Below are positions 51,042 through 60,879 of a stretch of 64,000 nt of DNA, piece after piece. Positions within the stretch are counted from its first letter, which is position 1. Every line of letters starts with the position of its first letter. The position numbers and the translations under genes were made by a program. Source of the stretch: Candidatus Parcubacteria bacterium (GTDB lineage: Bacteria; Patescibacteriota; Patescibacteriia; Patescibacteriales; UBA12075); contig PKTK01000001.1 in NCBI GenBank assembly GCA_002869165.1, forward strand, positions 93,006 to 157,005, read 5' to 3'. Under the pieces are notes generated by a model. It was given only the letters and a program-made list of their open reading frames with translations, was not told the origin of the DNA and searched no databases.

Positions 51042-52334
51042 ATGAGCAAAGCCAAAATGACAAAGTCTGATTTATTGGCACTAGAGAAAGTCGAAAGAGA
51101 CAGACTAAGAATCTACACTAGATCGATATTTGAATATTTTGATGCTAGGATCTTTGGTCAGCATTTTCCTGAAAATCCATTTTTGGCAATGGACCAACTT
51201 GATGAACTTTTGGAAAGAGACAGACAAAGAGAGAGAGACGGTTTTCCAAGAAAAATTCAGGTGGGAAAGATTATCAAGCCGGGTGGGGGAAGTGGAAATG
51301 ATTCAGTGATAGTCGTCCCTCATACCGAGGAAGATAAGTTCAGGTATGATGATAGTTTTGAAGATAAAGAGATCGGCGGTAGTGGAGACCAAAAAGAAGG
51401 TGAAGTGATAGGCGAAAGGCCAATCGATGAAGAGGGGCAAGGTCAAGGTGAGCATAGTAATACCGGAGGAGATAGTCCTGGTGAGCATGGTATTGAGAAG
51501 AGAGCGTATGAACTCGGAAAGATATTGAGTGATGACTTGGAGCTACCTAATCTTGTGGAGAAGAATAAGAAATTTTATTCTTATAAATCTACTTACGAAA
51601 TGACCGACATAAATAAGGGAAGCGGACAGATATTGGACAAACTAAGAACCATGACAAATATTGTTAAGGACAATATCGCTTTGGGTCGTTTGCACGCAAG
51701 TAATATAAAACCAGAAAATTTTTTGGTGAATCCGAAAAGCAAGGTGTATAAGGTGCTTTCCGAAGAGCGTATTTATGAATCAAAAGCAGTAGTGTTTTTT
51801 TTACGAGATTACTCTGCCTCAATGACAGGCCCCCCTACAGATGTGGTTTGCGCGATCCATATGATGCTCTACAGTTGTTTGGTTTATCTGTATGACGAGC
51901 AGGTGATCTCACGTTTCATCTTACATGACACAGAAGCAAAAGAAGCGTCTGATTTCAATGAGTATTATAACGCAAGTGTAGCTGGTGGTACCCAGGTTTC
52001 TAGTGCGTATGAGCTAGTAAATAAGATCGTTGAAGATGAGGGCCTTGAAAAAGATTATAATATTTATATTTTTCATGGCACTGACGGTGATGATTGGGAT
52101 CAAAAAGGTGAATACGCTATTCCGGAAATTCAAAAAGCAATGGATTATGCCAATCGCATTGGCATAAGCATAGCTAGAAATGTTTATAGTAGCGGAGTAA
52201 CTGAGATAGAAATCTATTTAGCAGAATCTGGTTTACTGGAAAAAAATGATGAGCTACTAATGGAGGCATTTGATGCCAATGAAGTAAGTGAAGAAATGAT
52301 CAGAAATCATATAAGAAAAATACTCAGTCCTTAA
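51042..52334 (+). CDS. YeaH/YhbH (DUF444, UPF0229) vWA-like protein
   Basis: VVFFLRDYSASMTG..., HDTEAKEASDFNEYYNASVAGGTQVSSAYELV, NIYIFHGTDGDDWD match the DUF444 pattern. Acidic Gly-rich insert. ATG at 51042 follows ggagg. Confidence 0.8.
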   Translation: MSKAKMTKSDLLALEKVERDRLRIYTRSIFEYFDARIFGQHFPENPFLAMDQLDELLERDRQRERDGFPRKIQVGKIIKPGGGSGNDSVIVVPHTEEDKFRYDDSFEDKEIGGSGDQKEGEVIGERPIDEEGQGQGEHSNTGGDSPGEHGIEKRAYELGKILSDDLELPNLVEKNKKFYSYKSTYEMTDINKGSGQILDKLRTMTNIVKDNIALGRLHASNIKPENFLVNPKSKVYKVLSEERIYESKAVVFFLRDYSASMTGPPTDVVCAIHMMLYSCLVYLYDEQVISRFILHDTEAKEASDFNEYYNASVAGGTQVSSAYELVNKIVEDEGLEKDYNIYIFHGTDGDDWDQKGEYAIPEIQKAMDYANRIGISIARNVYSSGVTEIEIYLAESGLLEKNDELLMEAFDANEVSEEMIRNHIRKILSP

Positions 52335-52346
52335 ATAGGAGGGTGT

Positions 52347-54005
52347 ATGCAGTTAATAAGTCAAAAAACAAAAGCTATTATGGAGGAGTGTAAAATTCGA
52401 GCCAAAGACCAAGGGCTCCAATTTGATAAGGAAACACTTGAATTCGTAATAAGCAACCATGAGATGACAAGCTTGTCTGCAAAAAACATGATACCTTCTT
52501 TGTATGATTATTGGGTTCATGATGTAGATAAGACAAAAAGTAGCCGGTCTTATAAATTGTATCCAAGTAATCCTTATGAAACGGTCATAAATACCCGTCC
52601 GGCTATTTCATTTTATAATGATAATAATCCTGACTGGTTGAATGTTATGATCTTTTATCATGTACTTGGCCATATTGATTTTTTTCAAAATAATATTTTT
52701 TATGAAAGAACTCATCAAGGTGATTTTTGGGCCAAAGCTTTGGCTGACAAGAAGGTGATAAAACAACTCAGATTAGATCTGGGAGAGCGTAGTCGTTTTG
52801 TTGATTATGTGATTGAATGTGCTAGAAGTCTTGATAATGTGGTTGGTTTTTTTAGAAGTCTTGATCCTTATAGTGGGAGTGAAAGGTTTGTTTTTGGCGA
52901 AAAGCTTAATTATTTTTTTAATGATTTTTTGCCAAAAAGACTAAAAGAGCAAACAAACAAGACAAAAGAACTAATGGATCGTTATAATAATTTATTGAAA
53001 AAATGCGGTCCAGATAATGTGGAAATGATATTTTTTGACTCATTAGTAGGGGATTTTCCAGAGTTTGAGGAAAAGTACAAGAAGTATCTGCTTCACAAGT
53101 CCACCAAAAATGAAGATGTTTTAGAATATCTGCTTAACCATTCGCTTTTATTTCGTGATGCTAATAACGCCTGGATGAAAGATGTAATAAATATCGTTAG
53201 GGATACTTCATTGTATTTTTTTCCGCAAAAATTTACTAAGATCATGAATGAGGGCTGGGCAAGTTTTTGGCATCAGCGTTTGTTTATTCTCGACGATAGA
53301 ATTCGCGGGCACGAGGTAGATTATGCTAAGTTAAATAGTGGTGTTATGCGAATGCCCAGACTTGGTCTTAATCCGTATGGCTTAGGTTGTTGTTTGTTTG
53401 AGTTTATAGAGAATATGGCCAATAAGGGTAGGTTTAGTTTTGATTATCAATATTGTGATGATGCAATTGAACGGAAAAAGTTTGATGATAAAAGCGGAAA
53501 GGGTCTGGACAAGATATTTGATATTAGACGTCATAAATGTGACACAACTTTTATTAATTATCTTTCCGAAAAAGACTATCAAGATTTTTGCAATCAACAT
53601 AAATTGATGGTGGTAGCTAAAAGAATAGATTACGATAGAGCTAGGGAAGTATATTATGTTAAAAGTAGAAAAGGCGAGGATCATCGGCAAATGGTTTTTA
53701 ATGCTTTGCTTAATGACCCAATTATTGAAGTCAATAGAAAGAAGACCAGAAAAGGCATACTTGCTTTAAATCAAAAATTTGAAGCCAAGCCATTGGATGA
53801 ATCAAATATTCCTACGATGTTGTTTTACTTATCACATCTTTGGGGAGGTGACACTATTCAACTTTTTTCGTATAGGTTGGTCCCTCAATCTCGTGATAAA
53901 TTAGCAGTGATAGGAAGAGAATCCCTTGATGAGCATATGGTCATTCGGATAAAACATCAATGGAGAAAAGGGAAGTACACAAAAGAAGAGGTGCAAAATG
54001 AATGA
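52347..54005 (+). CDS. SpoVR/YcgB family protein
   Basis: FYHVLGHIDFFQNN and MNEGWASFWHQRLF signatures; 552 aa; RBS taggagggtg. Confidence 0.85.
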   Translation: MQLISQKTKAIMEECKIRAKDQGLQFDKETLEFVISNHEMTSLSAKNMIPSLYDYWVHDVDKTKSSRSYKLYPSNPYETVINTRPAISFYNDNNPDWLNVMIFYHVLGHIDFFQNNIFYERTHQGDFWAKALADKKVIKQLRLDLGERSRFVDYVIECARSLDNVVGFFRSLDPYSGSERFVFGEKLNYFFNDFLPKRLKEQTNKTKELMDRYNNLLKKCGPDNVEMIFFDSLVGDFPEFEEKYKKYLLHKSTKNEDVLEYLLNHSLLFRDANNAWMKDVINIVRDTSLYFFPQKFTKIMNEGWASFWHQRLFILDDRIRGHEVDYAKLNSGVMRMPRLGLNPYGLGCCLFEFIENMANKGRFSFDYQYCDDAIERKKFDDKSGKGLDKIFDIRRHKCDTTFINYLSEKDYQDFCNQHKLMVVAKRIDYDRAREVYYVKSRKGEDHRQMVFNALLNDPIIEVNRKKTRKGILALNQKFEAKPLDESNIPTMLFYLSHLWGGDTIQLFSYRLVPQSRDKLAVIGRESLDEHMVIRIKHQWRKGKYTKEEVQNE

Positions 54006-56313
54006 TAAGTTAAGGGTATCTTTGGAAGTAGTTAAAAAGGGCTTAAGTGTTCAGGAAGGGACAAAGCCAATTACCTTTAATGAATTTTTGGAGAGATTGG
54101 CACTTAGACCGGAATTGCTTCTACGGAAAGCATCAAAGTATTTTGCTGATATGTTTTTTTCTAACATTGAAGCTAGTCCAGATGAGTATCTTGGCGACTC
54201 AGAGTCAATAAATTATATTGATTATGATATGACCAAGTTATTTACTGGAAATTCTATTGTTCCGTTTTTTCCTGATAGGCCGTTTAAGAACAGGTTAGTA
54301 AGAAGTATGAGTTTTTTGGAATCAAATTCTGGACAAAACGTGGTGTTTGTTTTTAAGGGTCCTCCTGGGTGTGGGAAAACCACATTTATCAATAATTTGC
54401 TTAAAAAAACAGAGGAATATTCTCTTAGTTCTGAAGGAGAAAGATACGAGGTCGTTTGGAGGCTTAAACCAGAATCTTTTGGCGGATATTCTGATGATTT
54501 TATTTATCGAGCAAAAAAGACAGGAAGGATATATGGTGATTTCAGGGAAGAGGTTTTGGAAATTCCTTGCCCTAGTCATTGTAATCCATTTCTTTTGATT
54601 TCACCTGAAAAACGAAAAGATTTTTTGAGAAATTTACTGTCTGCAAATGATTTTGAACGCATAAGTACCAATCACTCATTTCGTTGGTTGTTTCAAAAGA
54701 GCGCCTGTTCCATATGTGGCCAATTTCTTAAAGCCTTGAATATGAAGGTTGGTAATATGGACGAAATACTAGGAATGATCTATGTTCGTAGTTTTGTCAT
54801 GAGTAGGAAATACGGAATCGGTATAAGTGTTTGGAATCCCGAAGACAAAGGCGAAAGCAGAGAGTTGATTGAGAATGCGGAAGCTCAGATGCTTTTAAAT
54901 GCCTTGCTTAAAAACAGTAATCTAGTTAGGCTTGAATATCCTCGGTACTCTGACACGAACAACGGTGTGTATGTATTAATGGATGTCAAAGAGTATAATC
55001 TTAAACGTTTTACAGATCTGCATAGCATTCTTAGTGAAGGCTATTGCAAGGTGGGTAGTCGGGAAGAAGAGATTGATACTGTTTTCATTGCAGTTCTAAA
55101 CCCAGAGAATGAAGTACTTGAGATCAGAGAACGGGAACCAGGATCAAGATCTACTTTTACAGATATTATGGAAAGTCATGACGAAGCCTTTGATGATCGC
55201 AAGATTGAAATTCCGATAAATTCAGTCTTGGTTTACAGAACAGAGATGGAGATACTCAAGGAAGTTTATGGTAAAGATGTTGAAAAGCGATTTTTACCCA
55301 GAGTATTTGAATCTTTTGCAAAGTATATTGTTTCGTGCAGACTAAACAATAAATCGCAGGCAATGCAAGAGTGGATTGAAAATAGAGATAGGTATCTTGA
55401 TTATTGTGATGCTGATATGCTACTTCTTAAGATGGAAATCTATGATGGGCATATTCCTAATTGGTTGTCTGATGAGGACAGAAAGTCTTTTAACGCTAAG
55501 CTTAGAAGAAGATTGGTAGACGAATCTGCTGATGAAGGAATTGTCAATACGATTTCCACAAGAAAATCAATTAAGATGTTTCAGCAACTTTTGGAGGAAA
55601 ACGCAAACACTGACAAGCTTGTTGATATGAAATTTTTAATTAAATTCATTAATAAGCAAGCCAGAAAAGTAGAAGAAGTAAATTTGAATCCTCCTGAAGG
55701 ATTTCTTGATTCCTTGTTAAATCTTTATGATTTTTCCGTTATTCAAGAATTGCGCGAAGCAATGCATATGCGCAATCAAAAAGAAATTGAAAAAATTGTA
55801 AAGAATTATTTTTACGTTTTGAATTTTTTGGATGAAGAATTGGGCACTATTCCCGTTGAGGACAGGAGGGTGGAGAAAAATCCCTATACTCAAGAGGATT
55901 GTGAAATTGATGAGTCTACGCTTTCGAGAGTTGATGAGGTGATAAGAAGTGGCATAGGTAGCATTGCCATTACTTATAGAAGAATCGAAGATCATCGTCA
56001 ATTTGTTAGTGACATGGCAAGGAGCGGGAACAAAATAGAAGAAACAGACATTTTTCAGCAAACCTTAAGACAATACGAGAAAGGACTTAAGGAAGATATA
56101 TTGCTTCCACTTGAACAAAACAAAAATTATCGTAGGGCTTTTATTGATTGGAAAACGCCATCATTTGAATCATATGATAAGAAAATAAAGGAGGATATAA
56201 AAAGAATAGTAACTGTGCTTTGTAGGGATTTTGACTATACTGAAGCAGGAGCCTTGCAGGTGTGTTTATACGTAATCGACAAACAGTTGATTGAAAGGTA
56301 TAAAAAAAAATAA
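53998..56313 (+). CDS. Second, divergent PrkA-like P-loop protein (771 aa)
   Basis: Same layout as PrkA: ~120-aa N-domain, Walker A FKGPPGCGKTTFINNLL, then EIPCPSHCNPFLLISPEKR. Overlaps spoVR by 8 nt (ATGAATGA). Confidence 0.6.
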   Translation: MNDKLRVSLEVVKKGLSVQEGTKPITFNEFLERLALRPELLLRKASKYFADMFFSNIEASPDEYLGDSESINYIDYDMTKLFTGNSIVPFFPDRPFKNRLVRSMSFLESNSGQNVVFVFKGPPGCGKTTFINNLLKKTEEYSLSSEGERYEVVWRLKPESFGGYSDDFIYRAKKTGRIYGDFREEVLEIPCPSHCNPFLLISPEKRKDFLRNLLSANDFERISTNHSFRWLFQKSACSICGQFLKALNMKVGNMDEILGMIYVRSFVMSRKYGIGISVWNPEDKGESRELIENAEAQMLLNALLKNSNLVRLEYPRYSDTNNGVYVLMDVKEYNLKRFTDLHSILSEGYCKVGSREEEIDTVFIAVLNPENEVLEIREREPGSRSTFTDIMESHDEAFDDRKIEIPINSVLVYRTEMEILKEVYGKDVEKRFLPRVFESFAKYIVSCRLNNKSQAMQEWIENRDRYLDYCDADMLLLKMEIYDGHIPNWLSDEDRKSFNAKLRRRLVDESADEGIVNTISTRKSIKMFQQLLEENANTDKLVDMKFLIKFINKQARKVEEVNLNPPEGFLDSLLNLYDFSVIQELREAMHMRNQKEIEKIVKNYFYVLNFLDEELGTIPVEDRRVEKNPYTQEDCEIDESTLSRVDEVIRSGIGSIAITYRRIEDHRQFVSDMARSGNKIEETDIFQQTLRQYEKGLKEDILLPLEQNKNYRRAFIDWKTPSFESYDKKIKEDIKRIVTVLCRDFDYTEAGALQVCLYVIDKQLIERYKKK

Positions 56314-56320
56314 TAATATA

Positions 56321-56349
56321 GCGGCTTATGCAAATAAGCCGTTTTTTTT
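56321..56349 (+). terminator. Rho-independent terminator ending the prkA cluster
   Basis: gcggcttat / ataagccgt stem, 4-nt loop, T8 tail. Confidence 0.75.
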
Positions 56350-56432
56350 GTTGTTTGACAATTCATCAATATTATTATATTTTTATAATTGTATAAATGG
56401 TCTTTCGTATAAAAAAAGAAAAAGGAGGAAAA

Positions 56433-57134
56433 ATGGAAGAATTACGGTTTGTTAATTTTATCTCTGGTGGAGGAACTACCAATTTGGAAGTTTTGAAAGC
56501 AGAGAAAAATAGTAACAATAATGGAGGCTTGGTCGGTCTGACCAAAACAGTTGCTATTATTGCAAGCTCCGAAGACGCAGCTGGCATTGATAAAGCGCTT
56601 GAGGCTGGATTTCCTGAAGAAAATATTCATGTAGTAAAACCTGAAAATAGTAATTTTACTTATCACCTAAATGTTTGTCTGCAATATTATGAGGCAAATT
56701 ATTTTCATCAACTTGGTTGGATGCCTTTTACTCCTTCAGCACTCCTTAAGTATTTTAATGGTCTGAATCAGCATTTTGGTCCTGGTGGTAAAGGAATGTT
56801 TGGTGTAAGAAGGGCATATGTTCATTTGGAGTTCTGTAAACAAGTTGACAGAAAAGAGCCGGTGAGTATTTTCTGTCAGCGAGTTGCTAGAAAATATGAT
56901 GAAGGAGCAGTAATCTCACTCAGGAAAGTGGATATTGATTTTAAGATGAGCCCTGAAGAGGTTTCTGAATTTTTGCTACCAATAGAACATGAGGTGCAGA
57001 TAGAAGGTAGAGCAATGCTTTCCCGAGGAAACTTTGTAGACAAAGAAGTTCCGCGTTTAGCAAAAAATGAAAAGGAAATGAAGTTGCTCGAAAACTTAAA
57101 AAAAGAAGCAGTTAGGAAATATCCAAACACATAA
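56433..57134 (+). CDS. Divergent PurN-like formyltransferase-fold protein
   Basis: RFVNFISGGGTTNLEVLKAE (cf. PurN SGxGSNL), LNQHFGPGG (cf. NIHPSLLP), YDEGAVISLRKVDI (cf. DxGPII). ATG at 56433 follows aaaggagga. Confidence 0.45.
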   Translation: MEELRFVNFISGGGTTNLEVLKAEKNSNNNGGLVGLTKTVAIIASSEDAAGIDKALEAGFPEENIHVVKPENSNFTYHLNVCLQYYEANYFHQLGWMPFTPSALLKYFNGLNQHFGPGGKGMFGVRRAYVHLEFCKQVDRKEPVSIFCQRVARKYDEGAVISLRKVDIDFKMSPEEVSEFLLPIEHEVQIEGRAMLSRGNFVDKEVPRLAKNEKEMKLLENLKKEAVRKYPNT

Positions 57135-57138
57135 AGAA

Positions 57139-57165
57139 AAAGCGGAAGATTTTATCTTCCGCTTT
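57139..57165. terminator. Bidirectional terminator
   Basis: Perfect 12-bp stem aaagcggaagat / atcttccgcttt with a 3-nt loop. Confidence 0.75.
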
Positions 57166-57661
57166 ATTTAATATTCAAAATTTTAATTGTTTTTGTATTG
57201 CCTGATATTTTAAATTCGATAATATCATTTTTCTTTTTATGCATAATTGCTTGGCCAATGGGGGAATTGTGTGATATTACGTTTTTACTTGGATCAGTTT
57301 CGCTTGAACCTAGAATGGTGTAAGTTTTTTCTTTGTTGTCAATTAGAATTGTAACCGTAGAACCAAGTTCAACTTGATCACTTTTGTTTGTCTTGATTAC
57401 ATTTGCACGTTTCAAATGGTCTTCAATATCATCTATTCTTTTGTTTATTCCTCTAAGTCTTCCTTTGGCAATCTGGTAAGCAGCGTTTTCTGAAAAGTCG
57501 CCCATTAGAGCCAAACGCTTAACTTCTTTGATGGCTGGGGGCCTAAAGATTTTTTTAAGTTTTTCTAATTCAGTCATTAATTCATTGTACTTTTTTTCAG
57601 TAATATTAGGGTCTGGTTTTAGGTGAGAGTATTTGCCAAGTTTTCTTTGAGGAGTTCTCAT
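57164..57661 (-). CDS. greA: Transcription elongation factor GreA
   Basis: MGDFSENAAYQIAKGRLRGINKRIDDIEDHL and C-terminal VELGSTVTI...SHNSPIGQAIMHKKKNDIIEF. Confidence 0.9.
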   Translation of the reverse strand: MRTPQRKLGKYSHLKPDPNITEKKYNELMTELEKLKKIFRPPAIKEVKRLALMGDFSENAAYQIAKGRLRGINKRIDDIEDHLKRANVIKTNKSDQVELGSTVTILIDNKEKTYTILGSSETDPSKNVISHNSPIGQAIMHKKKNDIIEFKISGNTKTIKILNIK

Positions 57662-57711
57662 GTGATAAAAATATATTAGCTTGATTAGATTTTATTTGAT
57701 ATAATACTTAT

Positions 57712-58287
57712 ATGATAAAGGAAAAAAGCATAAAAATAAAGGGCAAAGAAATAACCTATAAATTAAGAAAAAAAAGAGGCCTTAGGCGCATTACCTTGTC
57801 CGTTCATAGTGATGCCAGCGTATCTATTTCCACGCCTTTTTTTGTAAGTCAAAAAAGAGCAGAAGGTTTTTTGTTGGAAAAATCAGAGTGGTTAATTAGT
57901 AAAATAAGTTTCTATAACGAGATTAGAAAAAGAAGGAATATTTTTACGGGTTTTGGTGACTACAAAGATAAGAAAGAAGACGTTAGGAAAATTGTAGAAA
58001 AAAAATTAGAATATTATAATAGTATTTATAATTTTAAATACAACAAAATTTGCATAAGAAATCAAAGAAGTCGTTGGGGAAGTTGCTAAAGTGACAAGAA
58101 TCTTAATTTTAATTATCGATTGATTTATCTTGATGATGAATTATTTGACTATGTAGTGGTGCATGAGTTATGCCATCTGAAGCAAATGAATCATTCAGAG
58201 AAGTTCTGGAAGCTTGTTTCGAAGGTTAAGCCTAATCATAAAGAGTTGAGAGTAAAATTAAAAGAAAAAGGAGTTGAGTTGTTTTAA
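57712..58287 (+). pseudogene. YgjP/DUF45-family (SprT-like) metallopeptidase interrupted by one in-frame TAA at 58087-58089
   Basis: ITYKLRKKRGLRRITLSV..., [53 protein letters not shown]. The HExxH half lies in the same frame after the stop. Confidence 0.8.
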
Positions 58288-58343
58288 TAAAATTATAAAT
58301 ATTACACAAATTTTTAAATATTTAAAGAGTTGTATAAATTAAT

Positions 58344-59351
58344 ATGTTTCATCTAGAAGAAATAAAAAAAGTTTTGCAGGCTGAGCAGAAATTTCGTCTC
58401 AGGCAAGCCCTAAAAGCTATATATCAACAAGGAATTGAATCATGGGACGAGCTCAGTGTTTTTTCCAAGGATTTACGCGAGAAATTGAAAAAGGACATTT
58501 CTCTGGAAATAAAGGCAAAGAGCTACGAAACAAGCGATAAAAAAACTATCAAAGTAGTTTTTGATTTTGGTAAAAATATCGAGGCTGTTTTGATGTGTCA
58601 CCAGGGAAGAAATACAGTCTGTGTTTCTACTCAGATCGGCTGTTCTATGGCTTGCGATTTTTGTTATAGTGGAAAATTTGGTTTAGAAAGAAATTTGAGT
58701 GAAGATGAAATAATTCTTCAGGTGCTTTATTTTAATCGTTTGTTAAAAAAGGAAAATTCTAGAGTTAGTAATGTTGTTTTTATGGGAATGGGGGAACCTT
58801 TTGCAAATTATAATAATGTTTTAGGAGCTATTAAAATATTAAATGACAAAGAATTATTTAATATTGGTGCTAGACATATTTCTGTTTCTACATCTGGACT
58901 TGTCCCAGGTATCAAAAAACTAGCCAAAGAAAAACTGCAAATAAATTTATCCGTTTCATTGCACGCATCAAGTGACGAAGTAAGAGATAAGATAATGCCA
59001 ATAAATAAAACTTATAACATTGACACGCTTCTTGAAGCCACAAGAAATTATATCAAGCAAACTAGACGAAGAGTAATGATCGAGTATGTGATGTTAGCAG
59101 GAATAAATGATAGCCCAAAAGATGCTAATGAGTTGACTAAGCTTTTAAAAGAAAAGCTAGGAGACTTATTTTTTGTAAATATTATTAAATATAATTCAAC
59201 CGGCGAATATGAATCAAGCCCTAAGAATAAAATTGAGGTTTTTAAGAGAATTTTAATAGATGAGGGCATAGATGTTGTTGAGAGATATAGGTTTGGTAAG
59301 GATATAAAAGCGGCTTGTGGACAACTAGCTAAAGAAGAAAATAAAAAATAA
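58344..59351 (+). CDS. rlmN: 23S rRNA/tRNA (adenine-C2)-methyltransferase, radical SAM
   Basis: CVSTQIGCSMACDFCYSGKFGLERNLSEDEI (CxxxCxxC), MGMGEPFANY, and C-terminal GKDIKAACGQLA. Confidence 0.9.
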   Translation: MFHLEEIKKVLQAEQKFRLRQALKAIYQQGIESWDELSVFSKDLREKLKKDISLEIKAKSYETSDKKTIKVVFDFGKNIEAVLMCHQGRNTVCVSTQIGCSMACDFCYSGKFGLERNLSEDEIILQVLYFNRLLKKENSRVSNVVFMGMGEPFANYNNVLGAIKILNDKELFNIGARHISVSTSGLVPGIKKLAKEKLQINLSVSLHASSDEVRDKIMPINKTYNIDTLLEATRNYIKQTRRRVMIEYVMLAGINDSPKDANELTKLLKEKLGDLFFVNIIKYNSTGEYESSPKNKIEVFKRILIDEGIDVVERYRFGKDIKAACGQLAKEENKK

Positions 59352-59353
59352 AT

Positions 59354-59593
59354 ATGTGGTACGTATATATTTTGGAGTGTAGTGATAAGACATATTATAC
59401 TGGAATAGCAAAGGATCCAGAAAAGAGATTAAATGAACATAATCAAGAGAAGAGTGGAGCTAAATATACCAGGGCCAGGCGTCCAGTAAAAATGGTTTAT
59501 AAGGCAAAATACAAAAATCGCTCTATGGCGCAAAAAGAAGAAATAAGAATAAAAAAATTAGCAAGAAAAGAAAAAAAATTATTAATTATTTAA
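59354..59593 (+). CDS. GIY-YIG nuclease superfamily protein (UPF0213-like)
   Basis: WYVYILECSDKTYYTGIAKDPEKRLNEHNQ...GAKYTRARRPVKMVY. Confidence 0.85.
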   Translation: MWYVYILECSDKTYYTGIAKDPEKRLNEHNQEKSGAKYTRARRPVKMVYKAKYKNRSMAQKEEIRIKKLARKEKKLLII

Positions 59594-59597
59594 AATT

Positions 59598-60083
59598 ATG
59601 AAAAAATTATTTATTATCACAATCTTGGGGGGATTATTATTTTCTTCTGGTTTTGTTTTGGCAGGGAATGTGGGTACAGCCAATAGTGTGCGAGGCAACG
59701 CTATTTTTATTGATAGTTTAAATCAATTTTTAAATGTTAGTATCAATGCTCAGCAAAAAAAAGACGGCAGACCAACTCGAGGAAAATTTGTTGTTAAGTC
59801 TGAAGATAGGACTCTTGAGTTTGATGTCAAGAATATAATAGTAGCTGGTAGTAGAGCCAGAATAGCTCTTGTTTGTATTAAAGATAGCGATATTAATTCA
59901 AGGGAAGGGGAGTGGATAAGACTTTTTATAAATGATCTTGGAGATAGACAGGCAACTTTAGATGAAATTGCCTGGGAATGGGTAAGCGCAAGCGAAGCCA
60001 TTGATTATGTGTATGCTGATACAGAGTTTAGTTTTGAGAGTCCAGTTCAAATAAAAGGAAATTTAAAAGTAACTAGTTTTTAG
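59598..60083 (+). CDS. Secreted protein, unknown function
   Basis: Signal peptide (LFIITILGGLLFSSGFVLA/GN); no recognisable family. Confidence 0.55.
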   Translation: MKKLFIITILGGLLFSSGFVLAGNVGTANSVRGNAIFIDSLNQFLNVSINAQQKKDGRPTRGKFVVKSEDRTLEFDVKNIIVAGSRARIALVCIKDSDINSREGEWIRLFINDLGDRQATLDEIAWEWVSASEAIDYVYADTEFSFESPVQIKGNLKVTSF

Positions 60084-60089
60084 AGTCTT

Positions 60090-60878
60090 ATGGGAAAAAA
60101 TATAATTGAAGTAAAAAAATTAAGTAAAAAGTTCAAAGACTTCTTAGCAGTTGATGAGATAAGTTTTGAAGTTGGACAAGGAGAAATTTTTGCCTTTTTG
60201 GGACCAAATGGAGCAGGTAAAAGCACTAGTATCAAAATGCTTACTACTTTACTTCGACCAAGTGGTGGAGAGGTCAAAATAAATGGTTTTGATATTCTGA
60301 AAAACGAAAGAGATGTGCTAAGTTCTTTTGGAATAGTGTTTCAAGATCCAAGTGTTGATGGGGAATTAACTGCTTATGAAAATATGTATTTTCATGCTGT
60401 TTTGTATGGAGTGAAAAAAACTGAAAGAAAGAAGAAGATTCAGAGTTTGCTTGAAATGGTAGAGTTGATAGAAAAAAAAGATGTTTTAGTGAAGAATTTC
60501 TCTGGAGGCATGAAAAGGCGGCTGGAAATTGCTCGAGGTTTTCTGCATCATCCTGAAATAATCTTTTTAGATGAACCTACTCTTGGACTTGACCCGCAAA
60601 CAAGAAATAAGATTTGGGACTATGTAAAGAAAATAAACAAAAATGAAGGAACAACAATATTTTTTACAACCCATTATATGGCGGAAGTAGAAAAAGTTGC
60701 TGATAGGGTAGCTATTATTGACAATGGAAAGATTATAAAGATTGGAACTGTGGAGGAGATAAACAATTTAACAGGAAAAAATAATTTAGAAGATTCTTTT
60801 CTTCATTTAACTGGCAAAAATATCAGAGAAGAGGGTGCAGAGCCAAGCGGAATGATGAGGAGAATGGCTAGAAGATAA
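60090..60878 (+). CDS. ABC transporter ATP-binding protein (DrrA/ABC-2 type)
   Basis: Walker A GPNGAGKST, signature FSGGMKRRLEIA, Walker B IIFLDEPTLGLD. Confidence 0.9.
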   Translation: MGKNIIEVKKLSKKFKDFLAVDEISFEVGQGEIFAFLGPNGAGKSTSIKMLTTLLRPSGGEVKINGFDILKNERDVLSSFGIVFQDPSVDGELTAYENMYFHAVLYGVKKTERKKKIQSLLEMVELIEKKDVLVKNFSGGMKRRLEIARGFLHHPEIIFLDEPTLGLDPQTRNKIWDYVKKINKNEGTTIFFTTHYMAEVEKVADRVAIIDNGKIIKIGTVEEINNLTGKNNLEDSFLHLTGKNIREEGAEPSGMMRRMARR

Positions 60879-60879
60879 T

